A stretch of DNA of 64,000 nucleotides from Leucoraja ocellata (taxonomy: Eukaryota): contig JAWMAR010000102.1 in assembly GCA_036785375.1 (NCBI GenBank), positions 4,278,001-4,342,000 of the forward strand, read 5' to 3'. The position numbers were made by a program, and so were the translations under genes. The notes below the pieces were generated by a model. It was not told where the DNA came from and did no database searches. It was given only the letters and a program-made list of their open reading frames with translations. Below are positions 38,025 to 50,679 of the stretch, piece after piece. Numbering within the stretch: the first letter of the stretch is position 1; the number at the start of each line of letters is the position of its first letter.

Positions 38025-38136
38025 GGGAGGCAAAAGCTGGCACGGTTTAATGCTCATGAGTTTGCCACTCTCGTCATTGACATTTTAAGCGATGCTAAGC
38101 GGAGACAACTTGGAAATCCTGTCACCAGTCCAAAAG
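38025..38136 (+). CDS. GIT2: GIT2 exon 12 (Spa2 homology repeat 2)
   Basis: gcag|GRQKLARFNAHEFATLVIDILSDAKRRQLGNPVTSPK+G|gtgtgt. 112 nt. Confidence 0.97.
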
Positions 38137-39914
38137 GTGTGTGTGGGTTAATCTGTTGCTTGTATTTAAGAATACATGAGGTTTTGTCTTTTGAATTGAG
38201 TTTAAAGAGTAGAATTCCTTTAAAAAATATATTTTTGCTGTGATGTTGGGTAATCACTGGAGAATGGTTACCGTGTGTGAACATTGGCCGCCTAGTATAT
38301 CCAAGTTACACAAAATTGCTGGAGAAACTCAGCGGATGCAGCAGCATCTATGGAGCGAAGGAAATAGGCGACGTTTTTTTCCCACTTTTCTGGCCTACAT
38401 TGAAAATACTGACTTTTGACGAAGTTGGGGGTAATATAATTAGCATGGATGGACAATTTAATATCCATTCCTTACATGATATGCAGGGAATGGAGGGATA
38501 TGGATCACATGCAGGCAGAGAATATGTGTTTAACTTGGTCATGTTTTGCATGGACATTGTGTGCCGAAGGGCCTACTCTTGTGTTGAAATGTTTTTGTTC
38601 AAAGGCTGACAGTAGTAGGAATAAACTGGCCAATTTCAAACTGGCAAACTGCTGCTTGTCATTCGCCACAAATCATCTCCGGGCACTCATCTATTCGCAA
38701 TTTATATTAAGAACAAGGATAAGCTATAAGTGAAGTTTCATCTAAGTTTCATGATACAAGCTAGAAAACAGTGTTGAGGAGGATGCAAATGCTTTGCCAT
38801 GGGCTACGAATAGGTTAAGGGAATGGTGACAGTGTATCAGATACTATAATGAAATTTCACTTTAGTAAAACAAGAGATATATTTTTAAAGGTAAAAAATA
38901 AATGTGGGTGTAAAGCAGCATCTTGGTGTGCTGGTTCATGAAGCTAACAGGCAATGAAACGGGTGATTAGAAAGACAAACGATGAGATCACAGAACTGAG
39001 GGAATAAAATAGAATATGTTGGAAACACAGCCGGACAGAGTTAATATTAACTTTGTCTCCGTTTCCACAGATATTCTCTGACCTAATAGATTCCAGCATT
39101 TCCTGTTTTTGTTTTCTAGCATGCAAAGAAAAGAAAAAAATTACTACTAAAGTAAGGAAGTCTCACCACAGATATGCAGGGCTTTGGTGAGACACTCTTA
39201 GAGATAATGAGTGCAGATTTTCAAAGCTTCATTAGTAAAGGTTTTCGCCTGTCCTGGAACTATTATAGCCTAAGTATACAGGATCGATGCCAAGGTTAGG
39301 TATTTATGCCCTAAAAATACATTGGCCTGCACTTCCTGGAATTTGGAAAAATATGTGATGATCTCATCCAATTCCAGGAAGGATTGACAAAGTAGATTTT
39401 GAGAACCTGTTTAGTCTAGTGGAACTGTCTGATGACTGATTTTCATACTGGTACTTCATTTTACTGAACGATTCATGTAGCTGCTTATAAGCCAGATGCT
39501 GTTGGAACTTTTCTCTGTATATTTCTTACAACTTTTCGTGTTCTCGGGAAACTTTATAAGTAGTTTAAGGTGGGGCCAAATAAATTGTACGGTATTATTA
39601 GGGTAGTGTGTGAGGTGTGCAGTGAAATAGTAATTGTATGTTCTTCTGTGCAGGTTCTGTTATCCACTAATGTATTAGAGAGATCAATGGGGTGTAAAAG
39701 CAAAATATTCCATCATAGGTCAACAGGAACAATCTTGTCCCAAGTCATAATGGATGAACTCCAATGAAAAATAATAGCCTGAAGAATGGGATTCAGGGTG
39801 GATCAGATCTAAATGTATACAAATCTGAAAAAGTTCATAGATACAAGATACAAAGAATTTATTATCAAAGTATTTAAGAACATACAAGGAATTTGAATTG
39901 CCATACAGTCTATA

Positions 39915-40360
39915 CCAAAAAAGCAGCAAGATAGACAACAACATAAAAATTAACATAAACATCCACCACAGTGCACTGTGATGGAAGGCAATAATGTATT
40001 ATCTTCTTCCCTCCTTTTCTCCCGCGGTCTGGGCAGTCGAACCATCCCGAGTTGGGCGATCGAAGCTCCCACGATCGGGGCGGTTGTAGCTTCCGCTGTT
40101 GTAGCTCCCGAAGTCGATCCCTAACCAAGCTCTACGATGGTAGACCACAGTGCGGACAGAGATACGATACGGGAAAAAGTCGCATCTCCGTCGAGGCAAG
40201 CGGTTTAAAAGGTTTCCCTCCACCCCACCCCCCACCCCCCCCACATAATACAAAACTAACGATGCACTAAAACATACATTAACAACAAACTAAAACCAAC
40301 AAAAGAAGAAAAGGACGAGACAGACTGTTGGCGAGGCTACCATTGGTCAGCACCACCTGG
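39915..40360 (-). repeat. Unclassified CpG-rich interspersed repeat, copy 2
   Basis: Reverse complement homologous to 14050-14250. Confidence 0.7.
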
Positions 40361-40620
40361 AACAATAGTTTCTTGGTAGAACCAGTGCATCACAATTTAT
40401 ATCATTATCTTCTCAACCATGAGGATAATTATTTGCAATGGTTCACATGCTACAGGCAAGAATATTTCAAAGTGCTACTGGATTATAGACTGGTATCAAT
40501 GAGGTGCTGGGGAGATGGACTTTGTTTCATACCCTTTGGTCATTCACAGCTACCATTACAATGATGGCATCCCATGGAAAGAACTGTTGTGGGTAGCATT
40601 TTAAATAAATGTACATTTTA

Positions 40621-40901
40621 GGATGACATGATGGCACAGTAGTAGAGTTGCTGCCTTAAACCGCCAAAGACCCGGGTTCGATCCTGACCACTGGTGCTGC
40701 CTGTACAGAATTTGTACGTTCTCTCCGAGATCTTCGGGTTCCTCCCACACTTCAAAGATGTACAGGTTTGTAGGTTAATTGGCTGGGTATAAATGTACGC
40801 TGTCCTTAGCGTGTGTTGGATAGTGTTGGTGTGCAGGGGTCGGTGTGGACTGGGTGGGTTGAAGGGCCTGTTTCCGTACTGTATCTCAAAACCAAACTAA
40901 A
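40621..40901 (+). mobile_element. V-SINE (HE1-like)
   Basis: agtagagttgctgcc...gacccgggttcgatcctgac...tcctcccacac...gaagggcctgtttcc...aaactaaa. Confidence 0.87.
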
Positions 40902-41140
40902 TCGTGGACAAAGGTGACCTTAAAAAGAAAAAAAAAGACTTTTTTTGATGCACCAAACTGCTGTTAATTTTGTTAATGTATGATAAAATAATAGGCACTT
41001 TAGAGCACATTTTTCTGATTTTAAAAATATATATATATATCCCAAACGTACTTTGTAGCTATGTGATGACTGGTGCCATGCGTGTGTTTTCCGTAATTTT
41101 ATTGACCGATTCAGTTTCTTAATTTTTACATAATTCTAAA

Positions 41141-41420
41141 GTTTTTAGTTTAGAGATACAGCGTGGAAGCAGGCCCTATGGCCCACCAAGTCCACACCAA
41201 CCAGCGAGCACCCCATACACTAGCACTACGGACAATTTTCAAAAGCCAATTAACCTACAAGCCTGTACATCATTTGAGTGTGGGAGGAAACGGGAGCACC
41301 CGGAGAAAGCCCACGTGGTCACAGTGAGAATGTACAAACTCCATGTGACTGCACCCATAGTGAGGGTCAAACCCAGGTCTTTGGCGCTGTAAGGCTGACC
41401 GCTGCGCCATTGTGCCGCCC
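41141..41420 (-). mobile_element. V-SINE (HE1-like)
   Basis: Inverted relative to the 40621-40901 copy; ends 53 nt before exon 13. Confidence 0.85.
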
Positions 41421-41473
41421 TAGTCGTCTAATCTTTTTGGAAAGTGCTCATTTTTATTTTTTGTTCACATTAG

Positions 41474-41607
41474 ATAATGTGGAGCTTGTACTGAAGAGCA
41501 TTAATGATCGTCATGGATGCCATGACAATGATCAGCCTGATTATGACAGCGTTGCTTCAGATGAAGATACGGATCAGGAACCAGCAACTAAAGCAAACAG
41601 AGCAAAG
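41474..41607 (+). CDS. GIT2: GIT2 exon 13
   Basis: ttag|NVELVLKSINDRHGCHDNDQPDYDSVASDEDTDQEPATKANRAK|gtatgt. 134 nt. Confidence 0.96.
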
Positions 41608-42804
41608 GTATGTCTATTGTTTAATCTTAACTTAGTCGGTGCCTGATGCCAATTGTAGAAATCTGTTCATTTTGGAAAAGGTTTTGTTCTGGTTAATTTC
41701 TATCTGGTACTGAAGTAATACATTTTGTCTACCTAACACATTTTGCCATTTGTGTTCGTGAAAATTTGCCCAAAGAAAGCTGTGAACTAAGTGCTTTAAA
41801 GTTCAGATCACTTCAGATAAAGTTCAGATAAAACCAAAGAACTCTTCCAGAATAATTTTTCAAAATTTATCTCGTCATCCAGGGCGATTCCAAGGTTATG
41901 TATCTACCCTTGCTAGCTTCAGTTGTTGGGAATGACCCATTGCTTCTAATTGCAACTAATTTACTGTTAGCAAAGGGGCCGTTTCCATTGTATGAGAGAG
42001 CCACTTCAAAGTCATCCAGCCGCAAGAAATTGCATTTTGATACTACACATACCTGTTGGCCCCCCCTCGGTCATAACTGATCATGGATGATGCATCGTAA
42101 TTGTTGGCCGCTTGCTCCAAACCTCGGTCTTGAGTTTCATGTAACTTAAGACATTATTATTAACCTGTTTGATTATAAACAAGTGCTGTAGAGGAATTGC
42201 ATGCATTATTTCAAAATTGATAAATGGAATCAAAACACAAATAGCTGGAGTAACTCAGCAGGTCTGGCAGCATCTGTGGAGGGAATGGATAGATGACGTT
42301 TCTTCAGTCTGATTGTAATGGGGAGAAAAGGGGTGGGGGTGGGACAAAACTAAGTGATAGGTAAATGCAGGTGGGTGTAGTAAGTGACAATGGTTAGACA
42401 TGAAAAGAAGACAAAAGGTGTCGGATAAGGAGATAAATGGGAGGACTGCAATCTCAAAAAGATTTGCTTCTGTGGTCAAATCCTTGTCACAATTTGCCCA
42501 TTCATTCCGACAGGATTGAATTGGATTGAAAAACAATTCAGGTTTTTCAGGCATTGTTTAAAAACATTCTAAATACTAACTTCTATTTGGAAATATTGGT
42601 TGAAATATAACGTGTATATAATGACCCAAATAAATGTTGATACCTGTTTGTCTGGGCTGTGAAGAACAATGGTGAAGTATTGTTATTGTAATCACAGAGA
42701 ACTTTCAGAAGAAGGCACTGTGGGCTTTGACCTCTTAAAATTTGATATTTGGAACTCTATCTGCGAAGGACGAGAGTTTTGTTCATATTTACCCCTTGTT
42801 GTAG

Positions 42805-42954
42805 AGCATGCACTCTGATCTGTCAGGTGGCCCAATTACCTTGCAGGAATACATGGAGGTGAAAAACGCCCTCAGTGCTTCCGAGGCAAAGGTGCAGCAG
42901 CTGATGAAAGTGAACAGCAACCTGAGCGATGAGCTGCGTCTGATGCAGAAGAAA
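42805..42954 (+). CDS. GIT2: GIT2 exon 14 (coiled coil)
   Basis: gtag|SMHSDLSGGPITLQEYMEVKNALSASEAKVQQLMKVNSNLSDELRLMQKK|gtaaga. 150 nt. Confidence 0.96.
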
Positions 42955-43404
42955 GTAAGAGACCTTTTTAGCCTCTCCTTGTAGAACTCGATAATATCCA
43001 GTTAGAACTCAGGAGTAACTTCCGTGAGTTTATATTCCTATATGGATCATTTTAACAAAAAAATTCCCATTATTAAATCTACATTTTGGAGAAGTCGGGA
43101 GGGCAGGATAGAAATTGGAGTGCTTTTTTCCAAGCACAGCTTCAGATATTAAGTCTGCATGTAGTATTTCACTGCCCTTCACATTTCTCATTGTTTTTCT
43201 GCTTTTTTTGGCTTGGTCCCTTGGCCTGCTACTCTTAAAACTCTATTCCTTTTGTTTAAACTTGCTGCTTCATTGCTGCACTCCATCCTTGGCATTGCCC
43301 AATAGTTAATGTAGGTTCAAACAGATCAAAGTTTTGTGTATGTTGTAAGATTAAATTGAAGTTGGGGCTGTTTCAATTAATTTTGAAACAATGGTACGAG
43401 TACT

Positions 43405-43565
43405 GGGGAATAAGGTCATAAGTGATAGGAGAAGAATTAGGCCATTCGGCCCATCAGATCTGCTCCACCATTCAATCATGGCTGATCTATCTCTCCATTC
43501 TTCTGCCTTCTCCCCATAACACCTGACACCCATACTAATCAAGAATCTCTATCTCTGCCTTAAAA
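43405..43565 (-). mobile_element. CR1/HER1 LINE 3' tail
   Basis: taaggtcataagtgataggagaagaattaggccattcggccc. Confidence 0.8.
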
Positions 43566-44199
43566 ATAAGGGTGCTATTCTGTTGGGATGGACTCCATGG
43601 AAACCAGTTGAATGGGAAACCATGCAGTATATGGAGATTTCAACTAAGAGAAGTGGACATGGCTCAAGTGAGGATAATGTAAACTTAAAATGATAACCCA
43701 AAGTGTAAAATAACAATTTGGGTAATAGGCAGGGTGCGGCAAGCAAGGAAGTGAGTTTCAGTCATAGTTTGGAAAGCAAAATTGCATCGAGGAACAATGG
43801 CATTGGGTTAGTGTAGGAAGGAGCTGCAGATGCTGCCATTTGGTTATATTGATGAGGCTTATCATAATGCATGAAGCTTTCATAGCTCGATGACTTAATG
43901 GCACAAATAGAGATTAATGACTGATTCATTAAATACCTATTATTGTGACATAGTTGAATGCTGACCAAGGTTGGCAGGCATATTTTCCAGTGTGTCTGAC
44001 ATTTAGAAAGGACAAATAAAATGGAAAGGCACTGGAAAGGGGTGGGGCATGTATAGCCCTGAATGTAAGGAATGACACGGTAGCAGGAGTGATGATGAAT
44101 GATCATGGTTTTAAAAAAAAAGACAAGGCACAAACCAGTAGGAGTAGGGGTTCTGTATCAATAGGACATGAGCTTGTACCAAAGAGAATATACACGTAC

Positions 44200-44467
44200 C
44201 TTTCAAAAGGTGACGAGGAGGAAATTATTTAGTCAAGAGGGCGGTGAATCTGTGGAATTCATTGCCACAGACAGCTGTGGAGACCAAGTCGTTGGGTATT
44301 TTTAAGGCAGAGATCGACAGATTATTGATGAATAAGGGTGTCAAGGGTTATGGGGAGAAGGTAAGAGAATTGGGTTGAGAGGAATAGATAGATCAGCCGT
44401 GATTGAATGGCGGAGTAGTTTCGATGGGCCGAATGACCTAATTCTCCTCCTGACTTAGGAACTTATG
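44200..44467 (+). mobile_element. CR1/HER1 LINE 3' end
   Basis: gtgaatctgtggaattcattgcc...gatgggccgaatgacctaattctcctcc. Confidence 0.82.
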
Positions 44468-44767
44468 GATAGTTATTATGGGTGTCTTTCATCTGGACTA
44501 GGAAAAAAAGATAACCTCGTCAAAAAGTGTTAGATGCTCATAGAAGATTCAGACTTTTTCTGGAGCAGTATGTCGTGGAAACAGCAAGGAACAGGCTATT
44601 TTAAATATTGTATCATATAAAGTAAGACAAAATTACTTAGTAAACCCATGGTAAGAGCTCCTCTTTTTTAATGATTCTATTGTGGGATACCAAATTGGAA
44701 AATTACAAAGAGATATGGGTGGGAAGGAGTAAAAAAGTATTTGCCTTTTTATGATTAGAACATAGTT

Positions 44768-45081
44768 GGGCGGCTTAGAGGCCCAGCGGTAGAGTTGCTG
44801 CCTTGCACCTCTTGCAGCACCGGAAACCAGGGTTCAATCCTGACTACGGGTGTTGTCTGTACGGGGTTTGCATGTTCTCCCCGTGACCTGTGTGGGTTTT
44901 CTCCAAGATCTTCAGTTTCCTCCCACACTCCAAAGATGTACAGGTTTGTAGGTTAATTGGCTTGATATATGTATAAATTGTCCCCAGTGTGTGTGAGTAC
45001 GATAGTATTAAAGTGCGGGGATTGTTGATCGGTGTGGGCCGAATGGCCTGTTTCCACGCTGTATCTCTAAACTAAACTAAA
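44768..45081 (+). mobile_element. V-SINE (HE1-like), full length
   Basis: tRNA-like head, V-domain, ctaaactaaactaaa tail. Confidence 0.88.
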
Positions 45082-46945
45082 CAACATGATGATGGGGAGA
45101 GGGATAGCTGAAGGTTTTATATTAAGTAAGATGGTTCTCCGATGTGAAAAGATGAATCGTGTGTTATGCATATTTAAATATTGATTGATCCAACTGAATT
45201 TGTTTGTAGCTCTTTGCCTGTAATTTATTTGTTGCATAGTAAAACTGCTTGAGATGTTATGGTTATTATGGAGATTCTAATCACTCCGAGAAGGCAGATC
45301 AGGAAGTGAAATCTCAGAAGTGATAATTCAGTGTGTGTTTAATAATTAATTTTGGTCTGACCCAGATATAATCTGTTCAGTAGCCTGTAGCTCAGTAAAG
45401 GAAGTAATTCAATAACCATTTTACAATGGCTGTCGGATAGTAGCAAGATCTTAAATTACTCCATGTGCAGTTGATGCTAGTAACGGAAGCTGTTTGCAGT
45501 CTCTCTGAAGAGTAGAGGGAAGAAACTTGATCAGTTTGGCTCAGTGATTCATGAAAATGGCAGGGTAGTTTAAAGGGAATAGAATGACATTTCCAATCTG
45601 ATCTGCAGTTTAAAAAAAAAAAAGAAATTAGCATATAACAGTTAACCTTGATGATTTCCTTTCCCTTGTTACAAATACGTTGTTGTAATTTCATTTTCAG
45701 TTGTGTCAGCAATCAAAAATTAACACAGCAAGAATTATCATTAAATTTAACTTTTATCTGCCTTATTTGGTCCCATTAACAAACTAATAAGGACGCAAAG
45801 TGCTGGAGTAACTTGGCGAGTCAAGCAGCATGTCTGTAGAACATGGCAGGTGATGTTTCATGTCAGGAAGTTTTGTCTAATAAGTTGTAACTGAAAGATC
45901 TTTAAATTTTTTTTTAAAAGTGTGAAATATTTGAATAAGAGTTGAACAATCTACACAATTATTTAGAAGTGAAGTAGATCCTTCAAGGCACAAAATAATC
46001 CTTGATTATATTTATTAATTTATTATAATGTACTGGAAAATAAAAGACCTCTAAAGTGCAAAATCATCTTTTTAATTGGACCAAGATGCCATATCCCAAC
46101 ACAATCTCTGCCTAAATTGAAAAAAACTTTTTTTGTCATTAATTGAATCTATTTATCTGTAATCTATAATCTATTGTATCTGCAAAAGTTATTTGGGTGA
46201 CAGCTGAAATAGTTTGTATTTAAATAGTGTCTCTTATCCCCTCGCACAGTGCAAAGCACATCACTGAATTTTAAATATAAACAGTGGGTGGATTGTGTAA
46301 CCTTGCCCAAATGGCCATATAGTCTACTTGCATAGAAATAAACTGCCAATGCTGCTTTATATCAAAGTTAGACACAAAGTGCTGGAGTAACTCAGTGGGT
46401 CAGGCAGCATCTCTGAAGTAAAAGGATGGGTGACATTTTGGGTCGTGACCCTTCTCTTGACTGTGTGACATTTCGGGTTGGGGCCTTTCTTCAGACTACC
46501 ATGACGTTTCGGGTCGAGGCCCTTCGTGATCCCTTTTCTCCAGAGATGCTGGAACCTGTGAAACCTGTAACTTATCAATACCTAATAAACCATTATCAGC
46601 TTTGTATATTCTAGATGCCTTTTGTATCTGTATCTTTATATATCAAGATGTAAGCAGCTCTCTACACAGCAGTAAGAAATGCTGTCATTTAATCCAGTCC
46701 CGTTGCCGTTGCATGGGCAGAGTAAAGAGCAAACCATTCCACGAATTATTGCTTTCACCAATTCAGCTTCCTTGCATAACATGTGCTTTAAGGAGTAAAA
46801 GGGCTTAGTACAATTTATGCTACTGTAGTTAATATTCTGCACATGTTTATTATTTCAGAATGCCTCTTGTCCAAATTATTACACTATATTTGGCACTTTT
46901 AATGGAGGTTTTTTTTATTGAAGGTATCCATTTATCTCAGTTCCA

Positions 46946-46946
<1 letters not shown>

Positions 46947-46978
<32 letters not shown>

Positions 46979-47243
46979 CTCTACATATATACTCTACAGT
47001 ATCTTTTTGTGACTTGCATTAAATTCTCAATACATGTAAATAGCTGTCTGCATACACACCTCCACAAATATATATATATATATATATATATGTATAATAT
47101 ATATATATATTTGTTTGTTTGTTTAAATAGATCAGAATCTTGATGTATTGAGAATAAAGAAAGATATACTGTGGAGGTGTGTATGCAGACAGCTATTTAC
47201 ATGTATTGAGAATTTAATGCAAGTCACAAAAAGATACTGTAGA
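46947..47243. repeat. (TA)n microsatellites plus a perfect 74-bp inverted repeat
   Basis: 46993-47066 is the exact reverse complement of 47170-47243. TA runs at about 46953-46978 and 47068-47110. Confidence 0.93.
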
Positions 47244-47355
47244 ATAATTAATGCTGCAGCTTCACATTTATTCATTTGATGACTATAAATTGCTGCTTTT
47301 AAACTGTGCTCTTTAATGTTATCTTGCTCTTTTTTTAATTGTATTGTACCTTCAG

Positions 47356-47367
47356 ACAGAATTCATG
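47356..47367 (+). CDS. GIT2: Candidate GIT2 12-nt microexon (TEFM)
   Basis: Pyrimidine-rich tract ending ttcag|ACA GAA TTC ATG|gtgagt. Phase 0-0 between exons 14 and 15. Confidence 0.6.
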
Positions 47368-47562
47368 GTGAGTGTAAGCAGATCAGTCCGTGCTTTTGCT
47401 CCGCCTGCCTAATTGTGCATCTCCTCTATCTGTGTCTGACTCGGTCGGTATAGGCCCATTTCCTTTATAACATGCACAGTCCACTTTGCGGAGATCACCA
47501 AAAAATATTCCAGCTTGATTTGATGTGAGAAAGGATGATTGGTTGAAAAACATTTCTTTCAG

Positions 47563-47811
47563 CTCCAAACGTTGCAGAGTGAAAACACCACCCTCAGGCG
47601 GCAGGTCACTACGAATATCTATCAAGTTCCCACCTGTCCAGAGTACCCAGGTCCCTCCAATCCTTCATCCTTAAAACGGCGCCCGTCCGCACGTGGCAGC
47701 CGGCCTATGTCCATGTACGAAACTGGCTCTGGTCAAAAACCCTATCTCCCACTGGGGGACGTCACCTACACAAAGGACAGTATTGCAGGACTTCAGCCCT
47801 TCCCACAACAT
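47563..47811 (+). CDS. GIT2: GIT2 exon 15
   Basis: tcag|LQTLQSENTTLRRQVTTNIYQV...SLKRRPSARGSRPMSMYETGSGQKPYLPLG...LQPFPQH|gtaagt. 249 nt. Confidence 0.97.
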
Positions 47812-48886
47812 GTAAGTAATTCACCATCAGCTCTGGTAAGCAACTCGTGCTTTTGTTCTTCCTTCTCCTTTTGTGCTAAGTTCTGACCTTTCCTTTGCAG
47901 CTTGCCAAATGCTGTCTTGATGTCTTCATACCTTTCTCCTACTACTATTTCAGTTTAGTGCAAAGCTAAGATTTTTTTTAATGAAAAATGTCTGGAAGAA
48001 TAAAAATGACACCTAGGTCATGTTAACCTTTTTGTCCTAAACCTTTTTCCATTTTATTATTTCAGGACTTGTGCTAACATACTCATTGTAATTTCAAGAA
48101 ATTAAAGACTGATAGACCTTCAACTAACTTGATTCGACCAGATGCTAACAGAGGGGGAAAAAAGAAAATGTCTGCTTGAACCACTAAATGGCATACAAGT
48201 ATTATAAAACCGTGTTCTTAAAACAAGCAGATTACCTACAGCAGAGTAAAGTTAAATTTTGTCATGTTTCATTTTGTGTGTACACCACGAATGGCAACAT
48301 TGACCGTGTAAGACCAGGTGCATCTCGATGCCTTGCCTGGTCTATGGCAATTTATCAGCTGGATTGTTGGAATTCAACTATCCCTTGGCTGGGGGAATGT
48401 GGGGTGAGGGTTACTGTCTCATCCTGTTGAGCACTGATGCTGGAGGCTCTGTACATTTTTTTTTTTTTTTTTTAGGTGAGGATTGAATTGGGCTTGGCTA
48501 TTCTGCTCTCTGTGATTCCAATCATTGCAGATAATCTGGCTCACACCTTGAGTATGTTCCTGCACTATTTCCACAGCCATAGCTTCCAAAATCAGACATG
48601 CCTCGCTGCTATGGGCAACTTTCAAAGCAAGGTGGCCTCAAGTTAGAACAAAGTGTTGGCATAACTTTTTATTTCTGTAAAGTTAGTCCAGCACTTTTCC
48701 TTGTCTTTTTTTTGTGGAGTTACACCAGCACTTTATCTTTTTTTTGTAAACCAGCATCTGCAGTTCTTTGCTTTTACGTTGATCCGCGAGTTGCCATGTT
48801 CTGAGGCCCAGTCCCCATATGATTCTGATGGCCTTTTGAAAGTTTTTTTTAATCATTGTTTCCATCTCGGATCATATGAGACATTT

Positions 48887-49205
48887 GGGGCGGAACAATG
48901 GTAAAGCTGCTGTCTTACAGAGCTAGAGATCCGGGTTTGATCCTGACTACGGGTGCTGTCTGTACAGAGTTTGTACGTTCTCCCTGTGATCGCGTGGGTT
49001 TTTTCCCGGGTGCCCTGGTTTACTCCCACACTCCAAAGATGTACAGGTTTGTAGGTTAATTGACTTCGCTAACCAAAAATTGTAAATTGTCCCTAGTGTG
49101 TAGGATAGTGTTAATGTACGGGATAATTGCTGGCCAGCGTGGACTCTGTGGGGCTGAAGAGCCCGTTTCCGTGCTGTGTCTCTACAGTCTAAACTAAAGT
49201 CTAAA
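48887..49205 (+). mobile_element. V-SINE (HE1-like), full length
   Basis: Same consensus as the other copies. Confidence 0.87.
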
Positions 49206-50679
49206 AATGTAAAAGCAGTTGAGGTATATCTTAATTTTTTTTAATGAATAAATTATAAGTTAAAATAACTTTGAAAAGCACATTTATTTGGTGTAAATTT
49301 TAAGATATTAATTAAAATAAAGAAATGGACCAAACTATTTACTTTCATTTATCTGTTCAATGCAGGTGAGTGATCGTGTTCAAAGTGACTGCTAGGTACA
49401 CTGGCTATGGCTAGCATGGAGTTGAGGTGTAGGGTACGAAGTATATCTGCCCCTTAGCTTAGTGTGATCGTGGAATAGCCACTGGACTTGGCAATGTGCA
49501 GGCACTGAAGCCCAATGACCCCATAATTCATAATCTTAAATTACGTTTTAAATTTGCAGAATCAAGTGACCTTGCCGGCAGTTCTCTTCCAAACCATTTG
49601 GAAAATGCAAGTACCTTTCAACCTCTCAGCAATAATTATTTGGGCAAGGTTCCAGAATCAGTGCTCAGGAAGGTGGGCACAGAAATGGAGATGGCTGTAG
49701 ATGTGAAAATATATTTTGCACAGCTTCAATTTTATCAATTTAAACATTTTGAAAGTAATATTGCACCTGAAACAAAATCCATCCCTTGAATTGCCTTATT
49801 AAATCACTTAATTGGAGTTTTTTTCATTTAGTATCTCAAAAATACACAGTTATTCTTTCAATCTCAAACTTTGGAAAATATTTCCAATTTGTCCAGTTAT
49901 GTAATTATACCAAAGATGTATTTGGAGGTTTAAGATCTTCTAGGTGTCAGTTTTATTGGTGCCACTGTTCATTCCATTATGTTACAGGTTGGATTCCTTC
50001 CACACATCGGCTTTGTTAGACTCATTATATCAGTGTTTAAACAAGAAAATCAATGTGTATATATTGGTGATTTTACTCTTTTTGCATGGTCAATTTTTTT
50101 TTTACATTTTTAACCTGAGTTTTAGAATTTCAAAAATGGATACCATTTTGTTTGTTTTTAGATTTGCCTTTTAGAGTATAGTAGTGCAAAGGAGGAGTTG
50201 GTAGTGTGAAAGAGGTGTTTATCTTAAAATATCTTGATAATACTGCCTGCCTTTTTCCTTATCTGCTGAAAGACATGCTCTCTCATACAACATAACTCTG
50301 TCCTCCCTGTACAGAGTAAGAACATTGTTCCCCTAAATCTGACCCAAGCAAAATTTAGCTGTTTCAGTCATTGTTCAGATTCTAGTTTTAATTGCTAACC
50401 AGTTACAGAATTTATTTTCCACGGAAAGGTTGGAGTCTCAACAAACTTTGAATTTAAACAATGAACACCCCCTCTCCCCTCCCACATTTAGCAATGTTGG
50501 AAATTTTACTTTGCAGAATTCTGTACCAATTTCAAATAATTATGAGACCATCTGGTCTTGGGGGTGGGATGGTGAGAACATTTGGCCCATTTAGACCATG
50601 TATGATCTTTGAGTGAATTTGATGTCCCTGCATTTGCACCACAATTTTCTCTACCATATGCCAAATTGGGGTAAGGATA

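Noticed and set aside
45701-45787. Possible GIT2-short-type terminal exon (ttttcag|LCQQSKINTAR...*) in intron 14
   Set aside because: The acceptor is plausible, but there is no similarity to the mammalian short C-terminus beyond the first residue and it runs into a Penelope fragment. Unsupported without RNA data.
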